Positions 36,681 to 45,241 of a DNA stretch of 64,000 bases are shown piece by piece. Each line of letters opens with the position of its first letter. The first letter of the stretch is position 1. This DNA is from Candidatus Micrarchaeota archaeon (GTDB lineage: Archaea > Micrarchaeota > Micrarchaeia > Micrarchaeales > CABMGC01): positions 7,666 to 71,665 of the forward strand of contig JAJZJV010000002.1 of the NCBI GenBank assembly GCA_021809925.1, read 5' to 3'. The notes under the pieces were generated by a model. That model did not search any database. It was not told the origin of the DNA and was given only the letters and a program-made list of their open reading frames with translations. The translations under genes and the position numbers were made by a program.

Positions 36681-36743
36681 CTTATATGTGTAAATCTTAT
36701 GAAAAAGTAACCTTAAATAACTTGGGTTTTGGGGGTTTAAATA
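36681..36743 (-). promoter_or_regulatory. Promoter region of the pilin-like gene with several TATA-like boxes
   Basis: The minus strand contains TATTTAAACC (36733-36743), TTATTTAAGG (36711-36720) and ATAAGATTTA (36691-36700), upstream of the ATG at 36671. The 92-nt spacer is the largest inside the cluster. Confidence 0.3.
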
Positions 36744-36763
36744 CTTTGTTGTGCGCAGTATGG

Positions 36764-38950
36764 CTAATTTTGGCTTAATTTGAAGAAAGTAATGTTCCTA
36801 AAGGCAAGTGTGAACGAATCCTGATTGCTATTATTAATTATGATAGTCAGATTATTATATCCGGATCTTACTGGGATTCTAGCAGTGTATTTGGTAGATA
36901 GGACATTTACTTTTTGATTGGAGGTTAGGATACCGTTGTTGTATATTGATATTGTGGAGTTATCCAGGGAAAGGATATCGGAGTTCATGGTTATCAGGCC
37001 ATTTGTAGGAGAGTATAGGGATATTGAGCTTCCGTTTGCCACCCACCAAAATCCAGACTCGTTAAGACAATTGCTGCAGACAGCGAATTCCGGAGCCCAT
37101 TCTCCGGATATGAATGCAGTGATGTTTGAGGGTAGTTGTTGAGTGTGTATATTGTCTGGAACCTTGAATAGAATTGTAGAGTTGCCTGTGTATATTGGGC
37201 TGCCTAACATATTTGAGAGCGTCGATGTCAGGTTCTTAAGTACCGTTGCATCATATAAATTACTGAGGACTGAGATATAACTGATGTTGTATTTTGAGAG
37301 AAGGATAATTGTTGGTTTTGTAAGATTCTCTCTTATTGGATAGGAACCATAGTCAGATAAGTTTTCGAGAGAGTATGTGGAAACGAGCGGGATGGAATAT
37401 ATATAAAGGTCTTGGAGAGGTGTGCTTCTGGTAGTGTATCCACCAATTATTGGCATATTAAAGCCTGTTTGATAGTACATACCAATAGCTGACGGGTAAG
37501 ATTGATCCGGAGCGGATGGTAAGAATAAGACAGATGAGTTGATAGTGTGATTTATTAGAGAATATGCCTTCGGTATTGCTGTATTCGTATAAAAAGTATT
37601 TGTAAAAGATGAAGCTAACGGGATTCCTGCACATTCGAGCAAGATTATTGAGGAGATAATTGCAGTATATATTATCTTTTTTTTCACGGAATTGACTTTT
37701 GATAAAAGACTTTTGAAACCAAATGCTGCAAGGATTGCTAGGCAAAGAGAAAACATTATATCGAATCTGCCAGGCTCTCTTATGAGATTAAATATAGGCA
37801 TGATTCGATAAAGGATATATGGGCCAGGTATCATGGTTACATTGCCATTTATATGTATTAGTGGGCCTAGAGAGAGCATTGCAAATATAATTCCGATAGA
37901 TGCCCATACCATAGTATTTTTGAACTTCTTTGATTTAATATCGGAGTATATGCCAAATATAGATAAGAGCATAACAGAGTATCCAATATAAGAAACACCT
38001 TCCCAATAGAAACCATATGGCATGAGTGTATGGTAATATTTACTAGCCAGCTGATTGAAGATTCCATTAAAATAACTTGGAAGGAAAAAAGAAAGCAAAT
38101 CATTGCTCCATGCTTCATTATCACCAAGGCTTGAGGAAGTTGCTGCAAGAGAAAGTGAATTGCTATGTATTATGCCGTTTATTAAGGGAAAGAGGAATGG
38201 GAGCCCGATTAAAAAGGTCAGGATTAGTATTTCAAAGATTATAGATATTGTTTTGAGGTTAATTTGCTTTCTTGAAGAGCTGAAGTATGTAAAGTAGCAG
38301 AATAGCAGCACGAAAAGGAATAGCATTATGCCTTGTTCTATGTCACCCATAAAAGATGCTAGAACTAGAGAAAATGCTGCCAGCACGATGTATCGCGGCT
38401 TTCGTCTCTTTATTGAGAGAAGGAAAGATAGGATAAATAACGGGATCCATTCTGTTGAAGTAAAATTCAAGAATATGAATGAGTGGGCTATGTTAACTGC
38501 GCTAAAGGAGAAGATTACGCCTGCGATGAAGGATGCGTATGTATTTTCAGTCAGATACATGGCAAGCAGATACATAAAGAATGCGGAGAGGAGAAAGCCC
38601 AAGATAAATATTACATTATATGAGAAAGTAAGGCTTATTTGCTGGAATGGAAAAGAAATTAGGCTTGCTATTGGTGAGTCTAAATAATTATAAGAAAAAT
38701 TTGCTCCGTATGGATAATACAAGAGATTTGTTGTATATGGAGAGTTGTGAAGAGTGAATATGGAATAACCAGGCCACCAAAGAAACCATAAGAACTGATA
38801 CGGATCTCCAGTGCCGTTTATGTGGGCAAATACATGCATTATATTTGCAAATATGGGCCATGACACGAGCATCGTTAGCAATAAGTAAAGAGTTAGTACG
38901 AGCACTTCTTTCTTTGTAATCTTAGGAAATATGTATTGCATCGTCTTCAC
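36764..38950 (-). CDS. Very large polytopic membrane protein (728 aa). Putative GT-C-fold glycosyltransferase (YfhO/PMT-like), not AglB.
   Basis: About 13 TM helices with an acidic first-loop motif NGTGDPYQFLWFLWWPG and REPGRFD. The ~260-aa C-terminal ectodomain is full of N-x-S/T sequons. No WWDYG motif is present. Confidence 0.5.
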   Translation of the reverse strand: MKTMQYIFPKITKKEVLVLTLYLLLTMLVSWPIFANIMHVFAHINGTGDPYQFLWFLWWPGYSIFTLHNSPYTTNLLYYPYGANFSYNYLDSPIASLISFPFQQISLTFSYNVIFILGFLLSAFFMYLLAMYLTENTYASFIAGVIFSFSAVNIAHSFIFLNFTSTEWIPLFILSFLLSIKRRKPRYIVLAAFSLVLASFMGDIEQGIMLFLFVLLFCYFTYFSSSRKQINLKTISIIFEILILTFLIGLPFLFPLINGIIHSNSLSLAATSSSLGDNEAWSNDLLSFFLPSYFNGIFNQLASKYYHTLMPYGFYWEGVSYIGYSVMLLSIFGIYSDIKSKKFKNTMVWASIGIIFAMLSLGPLIHINGNVTMIPGPYILYRIMPIFNLIREPGRFDIMFSLCLAILAAFGFKSLLSKVNSVKKKIIYTAIISSIILLECAGIPLASSFTNTFYTNTAIPKAYSLINHTINSSVLFLPSAPDQSYPSAIGMYYQTGFNMPIIGGYTTRSTPLQDLYIYSIPLVSTYSLENLSDYGSYPIRENLTKPTIILLSKYNISYISVLSNLYDATVLKNLTSTLSNMLGSPIYTGNSTILFKVPDNIHTQQLPSNITAFISGEWAPEFAVCSNCLNESGFWWVANGSSISLYSPTNGLITMNSDILSLDNSTISIYNNGILTSNQKVNVLSTKYTARIPVRSGYNNLTIIINNSNQDSFTLAFRNITFFKLSQN

Positions 38951-38976
38951 TGTGGAAGTGTTCTGTGAAGTTGTTA

Positions 38977-39669
38977 TTAGTCATTCTTCATACGTAATCT
39001 TAATCTTAATGCTGCATTTATGAAATAGATCACATCTGAGATATGAACGTTGCTTTGTGGCTGCTCATCCCAAGAAATTGGAAACTCTCTAACTTTAATA
39101 CCGTCTCTCTGAGCCATTATTATTAGCTCTGTGTCAAAAAACCAATGGTCATCTTTTACCTTTTTTATATATGTTTTTATAAATCTTGAGGACCAGAACT
39201 TGAAGCCGCACTGATGGTCTTTAACTTTAGATTGAAAGAGAAGTGCAATTAACCAGTTGTATGATAAGCTAGCAAATAATCTCAGAATACTCCTATTAGC
39301 ATCTGATCCTTTAATATAACGTGATCCTGTTACAAAAACCTCCCCATTATCAACCAAGGTAACGGCTTTGTTAAGATATCTTGCAGGAACTGCCATGTCA
39401 ATATCCAAGCATCCTATGATGTTGCCTTTAGCAAGCGTTATGGCTTCTTTTATTGCTTTCCCTTTCCCAAGCCTATGATTTGATGTCATTAACCGTACGT
39501 GAAGCATCTTGGACTTTTCCCTGCAGATAGTGGGGGAATTGTCTGTGGAGCCATCCTCTGCTAGTATTATCTCGAAATTGCCGAGTTTTTTGGTTTCTTT
39601 GTAAATAAGATCGAAATTCTTCTTAAGGTTGCCTTCTTCATTATGTATTGGAAGGATTAAAGAAAGCAT
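38977..39669 (-). CDS. GT2-family glycosyltransferase (dolichyl-phosphate sugar synthase-like)
   Basis: LSLILPIHNEEGNL, EIILAEDGSTDNS and LDIDMA (DxD) motifs. The ATG at 39669 is preferred over the GTG at 39687. Confidence 0.85.
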   Translation of the reverse strand: MLSLILPIHNEEGNLKKNFDLIYKETKKLGNFEIILAEDGSTDNSPTICREKSKMLHVRLMTSNHRLGKGKAIKEAITLAKGNIIGCLDIDMAVPARYLNKAVTLVDNGEVFVTGSRYIKGSDANRSILRLFASLSYNWLIALLFQSKVKDHQCGFKFWSSRFIKTYIKKVKDDHWFFDTELIIMAQRDGIKVREFPISWDEQPQSNVHISDVIYFINAALRLRLRMKND

Positions 39670-39691
39670 AGTACCATCAACATGCACTGAA

Positions 39692-40600
39692 TCATTTAAC
39701 TGAGGCGATTATACCATCGATTATGCCGTTAACGCCTATGCCGCCTGTAGACCTTACGGCTATCCTGTGGCTGAGAACAGGCCTTGCAAGGAACTTTATA
39801 TCATCGATGCTCACTTCCTTTCTGTCTTCTATCAGTGCTTTGGCTTTGGCTGCCTGCATGAAAGATATGTCGGCCCTTGGGCTTGCACCCATTGTTGTAT
39901 GGATCTCTTTTCGCGTTGCTCCGACTATCTTTGTTATGTATTGTACAACATTGTCAGGCATAACAATGCCTTTGGCTGCCTGCTGCATTGATAGGATATC
40001 GTTTGTAGAGATGACCTTCTTGGCCTCAACGTTCTCCTCGCGTTCCTTTATCCTCAGCATCTCTTGCTCCTCTTCCATGCTTGGATAATCCACATCTATC
40101 TTCAAGAGAAATCTGTCACTAAGCACCTTTGGCAGTGGCTCTGTCCCTTCTATCTTCAGGGGATTCTGTGTTGCAAATGCTGTAAAAGGAGATGGAAGCC
40201 TGATATCCTCTCCGCCAACAGTGACCTGGCGCTCCTCAAGCGTCTCAAGCAAACCACTCATCGTCTTCGGGGAAGACCTGTTGAGCTCATCTATCAATAG
40301 GATATTTGTAAAGATCGGGCCTTTGTTGAATTTGAGATTTCCGGAAGGATCTTCAGAGACATATCCGACAATATCCTTTGTTTGCAGATCGGATGTTCCT
40401 TGGATTCTCTTGAAGTCTCCCTGTATAGTCTCTGCGAGGGTCTTTGTCATTGTTGTCTTAGCGACCCCAGGAACCCCTTCGAGCAAGGCATGCCCATTTG
40501 CCACCATGGTTATGAAAAGAAGCTCTATGGTGTCTTTTTTGCCAGCTATGTGCTTCTTGACTTCTTCGGAAACTGCGAGATAAGCCTGATGCGCATCCAA
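39692..40600 (-). CDS. MoxR-family AAA+ ATPase
   Basis: HALLEGVPGVAKTTMTKTLA (Walker A), ILLIDELNRSSPKTMSGLLETLEERQVTV (Walker B/sensor), FATQNP. It is 302 aa. Confidence 0.9.
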   Translation of the reverse strand: MDAHQAYLAVSEEVKKHIAGKKDTIELLFITMVANGHALLEGVPGVAKTTMTKTLAETIQGDFKRIQGTSDLQTKDIVGYVSEDPSGNLKFNKGPIFTNILLIDELNRSSPKTMSGLLETLEERQVTVGGEDIRLPSPFTAFATQNPLKIEGTEPLPKVLSDRFLLKIDVDYPSMEEEQEMLRIKEREENVEAKKVISTNDILSMQQAAKGIVMPDNVVQYITKIVGATRKEIHTTMGASPRADISFMQAAKAKALIEDRKEVSIDDIKFLARPVLSHRIAVRSTGGIGVNGIIDGIIASVK

Positions 40601-40709
40601 TAAAACACCATATCTGATTAAAGAACTTTAATCGTACCTATTTAATAATATTATCATGATGAATATATTAATATTAGATTAAATATTCAGTTTATACTTA
40701 GGTGCAGAA

Positions 40710-41048
40710 ATGATAGGCAAAGGAACATCCGAAAAGAGGCTCGTCTCAATACCAGAGGCTCTCGAGATACTTGAAGGCAGGAAGAAGGAGGGAGAGCTTG
40801 GCTATGAGCAGGAGCTTGCTTATGAGTATGCAAAGAAGCTCTCCAAGATAGATGTGAAGGATTCAGTTAAGATGAGGAAAGATCTTGAAGAGCTTGGATT
40901 TACGGAAAAGGCAGCCATAAAGATAGTAGATATCATGCCTTTGGACATTATGCAGCTCAAGCAGACATTGATAATAGAAAGGAAGACATTCGCAGATGAC
41001 TTATTGGAAAAGGCGATGGAGATCGTCGAGAAGCACAGAGGTAAATAG
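40710..41048 (+). CDS. rpoF: DNA-directed RNA polymerase subunit F (Rpo4)
   Basis: 112 aa reading VSIPEALEILEGRKKEGELGYEQELAYEYAKKLSKIDVKDSVKMRKDLEELGFTEKAAIKIVDIMP. AGGTG Shine-Dalgarno motif is present. Confidence 0.85.
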   Translation: MIGKGTSEKRLVSIPEALEILEGRKKEGELGYEQELAYEYAKKLSKIDVKDSVKMRKDLEELGFTEKAAIKIVDIMPLDIMQLKQTLIIERKTFADDLLEKAMEIVEKHRGK

Positions 41049-41070
41049 ATGTTTAAGCAGTGGAGGAATT

Positions 41071-41655
41071 ATGCAGGAAAGAACGCAAAGAAGAGAAGAA
41101 TTGGAAGAATATGCAATAGTTCTTGATTACTTGCCTACTGGAAAGTCTTATTCTGTAAAACCAGAGCCACTTGTTCAGCTCATTGGAGAGAACAAATTCA
41201 CACTTTTAGAAGCTGTTGCAAAGGATGTTGAGATAAAGGTTGGAGAGAGAGTTTATATAGGCAGGGAAGAGCGAGATAAGATACTGCTCATAAAAGGAAG
41301 GCTCTCTTACAACGACCTCACTGAAGGTGCGAAGAAGGAGTTGCAGGATGCGATTTACAAGATAATAAAGTCAAATGAGAAGAAGTTTGTTGAATTATTC
41401 AATAATGCATCATCATTGAATATTAGGATGCATTCGCTTGAGCTTCTTCCAGGGATCGGAAAAAGGCACTTAACAGCGATACTTGATGCAAGAGAGGAGA
41501 AGAAGTTCGAATCCTTTGAGGATATCACAAACAGGGTGCAACTACTTCAGGACCCTATAAAACTGCTTGTGGACAGAGTCATAATGGAGTTAAAGGGAGA
41601 TAGCAGATTCTTCATGCTCACAAAACCGCTGTCACAACAGCCATACAGACAATAA
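41071..41655 (+). CDS. DUF655-family putative RNA-binding protein (OB fold plus helix-hairpin-helix)
   Basis: EEYAIVLDYLPTGKS...FTLLEAVAK.. and LELLPGIGKRHLTAILDAREEKKFESFEDI. It holds the conserved position after rpoF. GGAGG lies upstream of the ATG at 41071. Confidence 0.8.
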   Translation: MQERTQRREELEEYAIVLDYLPTGKSYSVKPEPLVQLIGENKFTLLEAVAKDVEIKVGERVYIGREERDKILLIKGRLSYNDLTEGAKKELQDAIYKIIKSNEKKFVELFNNASSLNIRMHSLELLPGIGKRHLTAILDAREEKKFESFEDITNRVQLLQDPIKLLVDRVIMELKGDSRFFMLTKPLSQQPYRQ

Positions 41656-41727
41656 GCTCTTTTGTGGCATCCTCCTGCTAGCTAACATTCTGAGCTTCTG
41701 CATTCAGTTAAGAATTAGAATGGGGTT

Positions 41728-42030
41728 TCACTTGCCTGCTCTTTCAAGATGAAGCTGCGGCACTATCAGTTTTCTCTTCATTGATTTTGATACATAGAGC
41801 TCGACAACATAAGAATCTCCTCTTTTCTCGATGACTACGGCAGTCTTGCCTCTGTATCTTGGATGTGGTATATTCTTGAAGTTGCTTTTTGGTACTATTA
41901 TAACCTTCTCCCCTATCTCAAAATTCTTTATTATCTTGCTTATGCTAAGCTTTGAAGGCTTGTGATGTCTGGCGAGATGCCTTGTCCTGCCCACAAATAA
42001 ACCATGAGATCTCCCTGTCATTCTAACCAC
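41728..42030 (-). CDS. rpl21e: 50S ribosomal protein L21e
   Basis: Sequence runs MVRMTGRSHGLFVGRTRHLARHHKP...GEKVIIVPKSNFKNIPHPRYRGKTAVVIEKRGDSYVV. It is 100 aa. Confidence 0.9.
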   Translation of the reverse strand: MVRMTGRSHGLFVGRTRHLARHHKPSKLSISKIIKNFEIGEKVIIVPKSNFKNIPHPRYRGKTAVVIEKRGDSYVVELYVSKSMKRKLIVPQLHLERAGK

Positions 42031-42101
42031 TAGATGTTATAAATTTATAATATTCTTGTTCTAAATGAATATAAGCTTTTCGCACCGCAACGGCTCCGGG
42101 T

Positions 42102-42782
42102 ATGGTGTATAAAATTACCGAATTTAAGATATCTGACATGTATAAAGAGCTTAGGGTCAGCTTTGGCTATATGAATTGGTGGCCTGGGGAGAGCAATGAT
42201 GAGATAGTCATAGGTGCGATATTAACCCAGCAGACCTCGTGGAAGAATGTTGAAAAGGCAATGAGAATGCTCAAGAAAAGGAAGATGCTTGGGCTCAGAG
42301 AACTTTCAGAGAGTGGTATAGAAGAGATAGAGGATGCGATAAAGGCATCGGGATTTTACAGAAAGAAAGCAGCTAGGCTCAAGAGGATTTCCACATATGT
42401 TATTAATAGATATGGCAGCCTTGGCGCGTTTTTTGATAATGGCAGGGATGAGCTGAGAAAGGAGCTTCTGGCCATGGAAGGCATAGGCATGGAGACTGCC
42501 GATGCGATACTTCTTTACGCTGCTAGCAAGAGGATCTTTGTTGTAGATGCATATACAAGGAGAATAATGAGCAGAGTGTATGGAATAGATCCAAAGATAG
42601 GGTATGAAGAACTTAGGAAGATTATGGAAAGGGGAGCTAAGAGAGATATAAGAGTATATAAAGATTTCCATGCCCAGATTGTCGAATTAGGCAAAAGGAA
42701 TTGCAGGAGGCGCCCATTATGCAGTGGGTGCCCATTAAAAAATAGATGCAATCTTGCACGTTCTGTCGAAGGCACAAGATAA
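42102..42782 (+). CDS. HhH-GPD superfamily DNA glycosylase (endonuclease III-related) with a C-terminal Fe-S cluster loop
   Basis: ILTQQTSW, LLAMEGIGMETADAILLY (HhH-GPD), VVDAYTRR and CRRRPLCSGCPLKNRC. Confidence 0.8.
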   Translation: MVYKITEFKISDMYKELRVSFGYMNWWPGESNDEIVIGAILTQQTSWKNVEKAMRMLKKRKMLGLRELSESGIEEIEDAIKASGFYRKKAARLKRISTYVINRYGSLGAFFDNGRDELRKELLAMEGIGMETADAILLYAASKRIFVVDAYTRRIMSRVYGIDPKIGYEELRKIMERGAKRDIRVYKDFHAQIVELGKRNCRRRPLCSGCPLKNRCNLARSVEGTR

Positions 42783-42819
42783 GATTAAATATTAACACGA
42801 GAATGTTAATCTGGTATTT

Positions 42820-43842
42820 ATGAACTTCAAAGAGTACATAGAGCTTCATAGGAATGAAGTTTATTCAAAGATCTGCGAATATGTTAAGATAAAGGATCCT
42901 GTTGAACATTATAAGATGGTGAGGGATTACATAGACAGGCAGGGAAGCTATAGACGTCCTGGGCTTCTTATGCTGAGCGGAGAGGTTTTCGGGGCAAATA
43001 AGGAAGATCTTATCACTCCGGCAGCTGCCATGCAGCTATCCGAGGATTGGATACTGGTGCATGATGATGCAGAGGATGATTCTGAGCTGAGAAGGGGGAA
43101 GCCTGCGCTGCATAGAATGTATGGTATAGAGCAGGCGATAAATGTTGGGGATGCTGGCCATGCTGCGATGTGGAGGATGGTCAAAGACCACCTTCTAAGC
43201 GCCGGCACAGAGAAAGGCAATAGATTCTATGAAAAGTTCTATGATATGATAGAGTATACAGTGGAAGGCCAGTACATAGACACTAATTTCTTTGTCAACG
43301 TACGCGACCTGAAGAAAGCATCCGAAGATCTTTATTTCAGGATAGTGGAAAGCAAGACATGCTATTACTCTGTTTATGGGCCTCTGCAACTCGGCGCAAT
43401 AGTTGCGAATGCTGACCAGAAGACTATTGGTATGCTAAAAGATATAGGAGTGCCAGCAGGGAGGGCATTCCAAATAATAGACGACGTCCTGGATATGACT
43501 GCAGACGAGAAGCTCTTCGGCAAGAAGAATTATGGCGATCTTTATGAAGGCAAGCTAACACTTATCATTCTCAATACATACAAGAAGGCTACAGAGGCAG
43601 AAAAGACAAGAATAGACAAGATATACAAGAAGAGAAGGAAAGAGAGGACAGATGAGGAAGTGAACTTCCTGATTGAGGTTATAGACAAATATGATAGCAT
43701 TGAGTATGCGAAGAGCAGGGCTAAGGCATATGGAGAAGAAGCCAAGGGCATAATAGAGAAATACAAAAACGCACTTCCGAACAATGAGTACACAGAAGCC
43801 ATGCTCTCCGCTGTAGAAGAACTTTATATGAGAAAGAAATAA
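42820..43842 (+). CDS. idsA: Polyprenyl diphosphate synthase (geranylgeranyl-PP synthase type)
   Basis: First Asp-rich motif is LVHDDAEDDSELRRGKP. The second is FQIIDDVLD. It is 340 aa. Confidence 0.88.
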   Translation: MNFKEYIELHRNEVYSKICEYVKIKDPVEHYKMVRDYIDRQGSYRRPGLLMLSGEVFGANKEDLITPAAAMQLSEDWILVHDDAEDDSELRRGKPALHRMYGIEQAINVGDAGHAAMWRMVKDHLLSAGTEKGNRFYEKFYDMIEYTVEGQYIDTNFFVNVRDLKKASEDLYFRIVESKTCYYSVYGPLQLGAIVANADQKTIGMLKDIGVPAGRAFQIIDDVLDMTADEKLFGKKNYGDLYEGKLTLIILNTYKKATEAEKTRIDKIYKKRRKERTDEEVNFLIEVIDKYDSIEYAKSRAKAYGEEAKGIIEKYKNALPNNEYTEAMLSAVEELYMRKK

Positions 43843-43843
43843 G

Positions 43844-43958
43844 TGCCAAACAACAATATGCGTTCCCACCCTAAGGCAGTATTTCATATCGTGAACAGGC
43901 TTAGCTTCCGAGTTCGGAATGGGTTCGGGCGTTTCCCTGCTCCTGTGGTCGTTTGACA
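43844..43958 (-). rRNA. rrf: 5S ribosomal RNA (orphan, not linked to 16S/23S in this window)
   Basis: The minus strand reads UGUCAAACGACC...GAACCCAUUCCGAACUCGGAAGCUAAGCC...GUUGUUUGGCA. The conserved loop/helix core CCGAAC.CGGAAG.UAAGC is present. The termini pair over 11 bp including two G-U pairs. Ends are accurate to about 3 nt. Confidence 0.9.
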
Positions 43959-43980
43959 GGTATATATTGTCAGGAAAAGC

Positions 43981-43988
43981 TTAAATAA
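43981..43988 (-). promoter_or_regulatory. TATA box of the 5S rRNA gene
   Basis: The minus strand reads TTATTTAA, centred about 26 nt upstream of the inferred 5S 5' end. This is the canonical archaeal spacing. Confidence 0.6.
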
Positions 43989-44072
43989 CTTTCAGCAAAA
44001 GAAGTGTATATAGCAAATCCTTTTTAATGTGAGTAACATATTGCGCTCTTCAGACAATGTTCTGGTATTCCT

Positions 44073-44468
44073 ATGACTTTCAGAGATAGAAAGAGCAGGG
44101 AGGGCTATTCCATCCCGGATTTAAGAGAAGCTATGCGGAGAAGGGAGAGAATAGAGGAAGGGCGTGTGGAGTGGGAGTACAACAAATCGAGGCTTGATGG
44201 GGAGGCAAAGGAGCTGAAACGGAAGAAAGGAGAGATAGCAAAGGGGGCCTTCAAGGCAGCTGGAGTCATGCTCTTCGCAGGATATATAGCGCATGTTACA
44301 GTGGAATCATACAATGTATTTAACAAAACGAACCCTCTGCCAACAAGCATACTGAATAGAGAGTGGAATACGATAGCAAATGTTGTCCATGCAACAATGA
44401 TAGTGCTAGACAGTATATTCGTTGCTGTGGTAGTGTTTTTATATAAAGAGATAAGAAGAAAGCCCTGA
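44073..44468 (+). CDS. Hypothetical membrane protein with a charged N-terminal helix and two TM segments
   Basis: 131 aa with hydrophobic segments GAFKAAGVMLFAGYIAHV and IANVVHATMIVLDSIFVAVVVFLY. No family was recognised. Confidence 0.45.
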   Translation: MTFRDRKSREGYSIPDLREAMRRRERIEEGRVEWEYNKSRLDGEAKELKRKKGEIAKGAFKAAGVMLFAGYIAHVTVESYNVFNKTNPLPTSILNREWNTIANVVHATMIVLDSIFVAVVVFLYKEIRRKP

Positions 44469-44469
44469 T

Positions 44470-45195
44470 TCAGCCCCACATCTCAGCCTTTATGTGCTTC
44501 TGGTCAACGCCCAGTGAGAGCAGAGCTTGCTTTAATGCATTGACAAATGCAGGAGGGCCACAGATGTAGCTTATCCTGTCTACAACGTCTGGAGCATACT
44601 TTTTTATCATCTCGGCATTGACATGCCCGGTATTTCCTTTCCATGTATCGTTCTCTTTCGGACGCGTGACAGTTACCGCAAGTTTTACGCCCAACTCAGA
44701 AGTTATCTGGTTGAGCTCTTCGTGCTCTATTATATCATCAGAGTACTTCGTGCTGTATATCAGAACTCCATCAATCTGCTGGCTTCTGGCCTTTGATAGG
44801 CGAAGCATAGAAAAGAATGGGGCTAATCCAGTTCCACCAGCAAGGAAAAGAAATTTTGTTCCGGGATTTAGGTCGAACTTGAATTGCCCATATGGGGCAG
44901 AAATATAGTAAACATCGCCTATCTTTGCTGTGTCAAGCTTTGAAGTGAACTTTCCGTGGACAAGAGATATGAGAAACTCAAGGCTTCCGGAAGGAGGTGC
45001 ATTTGCTATGGAAAATGCTCTCCCTATAGATTCGCCAGTTTCCTGATTCTTGTAATAGAGCATGGCAAACATTCCAGGAACAAAGTCTATGCTTGTTCCA
45101 TCCTGTGCTTCGAAGGTAAATGCAGTCACTTCTGGGGTTGACTTTTTAATCGTCTTTAGTACATAGGGTCGGTTAAGTATCATGAAGTCTACCAT
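44470..45195 (-). CDS. FNR-like oxidoreductase with FAD- and NAD(P)-binding domains
   Basis: RAFSIAN (RxYS-type FAD motif), FLAGGTGLAPFFSML (NAD(P) binding) and ICGPPAF. No Fe-S domain is present. Confidence 0.8.
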   Translation of the reverse strand: MVDFMILNRPYVLKTIKKSTPEVTAFTFEAQDGTSIDFVPGMFAMLYYKNQETGESIGRAFSIANAPPSGSLEFLISLVHGKFTSKLDTAKIGDVYYISAPYGQFKFDLNPGTKFLFLAGGTGLAPFFSMLRLSKARSQQIDGVLIYSTKYSDDIIEHEELNQITSELGVKLAVTVTRPKENDTWKGNTGHVNAEMIKKYAPDVVDRISYICGPPAFVNALKQALLSLGVDQKHIKAEMWG

Positions 45196-45241
45196 TTCAT
45201 ATATGCAAGTGCCTTATTAAAATGCTTTAGATCAAGCAGGC

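Noticed and set aside
36764-38950. Possibility that the 728-aa membrane protein is the oligosaccharyltransferase AglB
   Set aside because: No WWDYG motif or DK/MI motif could be found. The N-terminal motif pattern differs from STT3/AglB.
22289-40600. Idea that the membrane/ATPase cluster is an integrated conjugative element or horizontally acquired island
   Set aside because: No integrase, relaxase, coupling protein or replication gene is present. There is no flanking tRNA and I could spot no direct repeats. The block is visibly more AT-rich by hand counts of single 60-nt lines. Lines at 27361, 34381 and 35341 gave 37, 40 and 32 percent GC, against 52 and 48 percent for lines at 8881 and 56581. 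This bias is expected from Ile/Leu/Phe/Asn-rich membrane proteins, so it is not evidence of foreign origin. The question stays open pending a proper windowed GC and codon analysis.
43555-43887. 110-aa minus-strand ORF overlapping the idsA 3' end and the 5S rRNA
   Set aside because: The region is explained by idsA (both Asp-rich motifs present) and a well-folding 5S rRNA.
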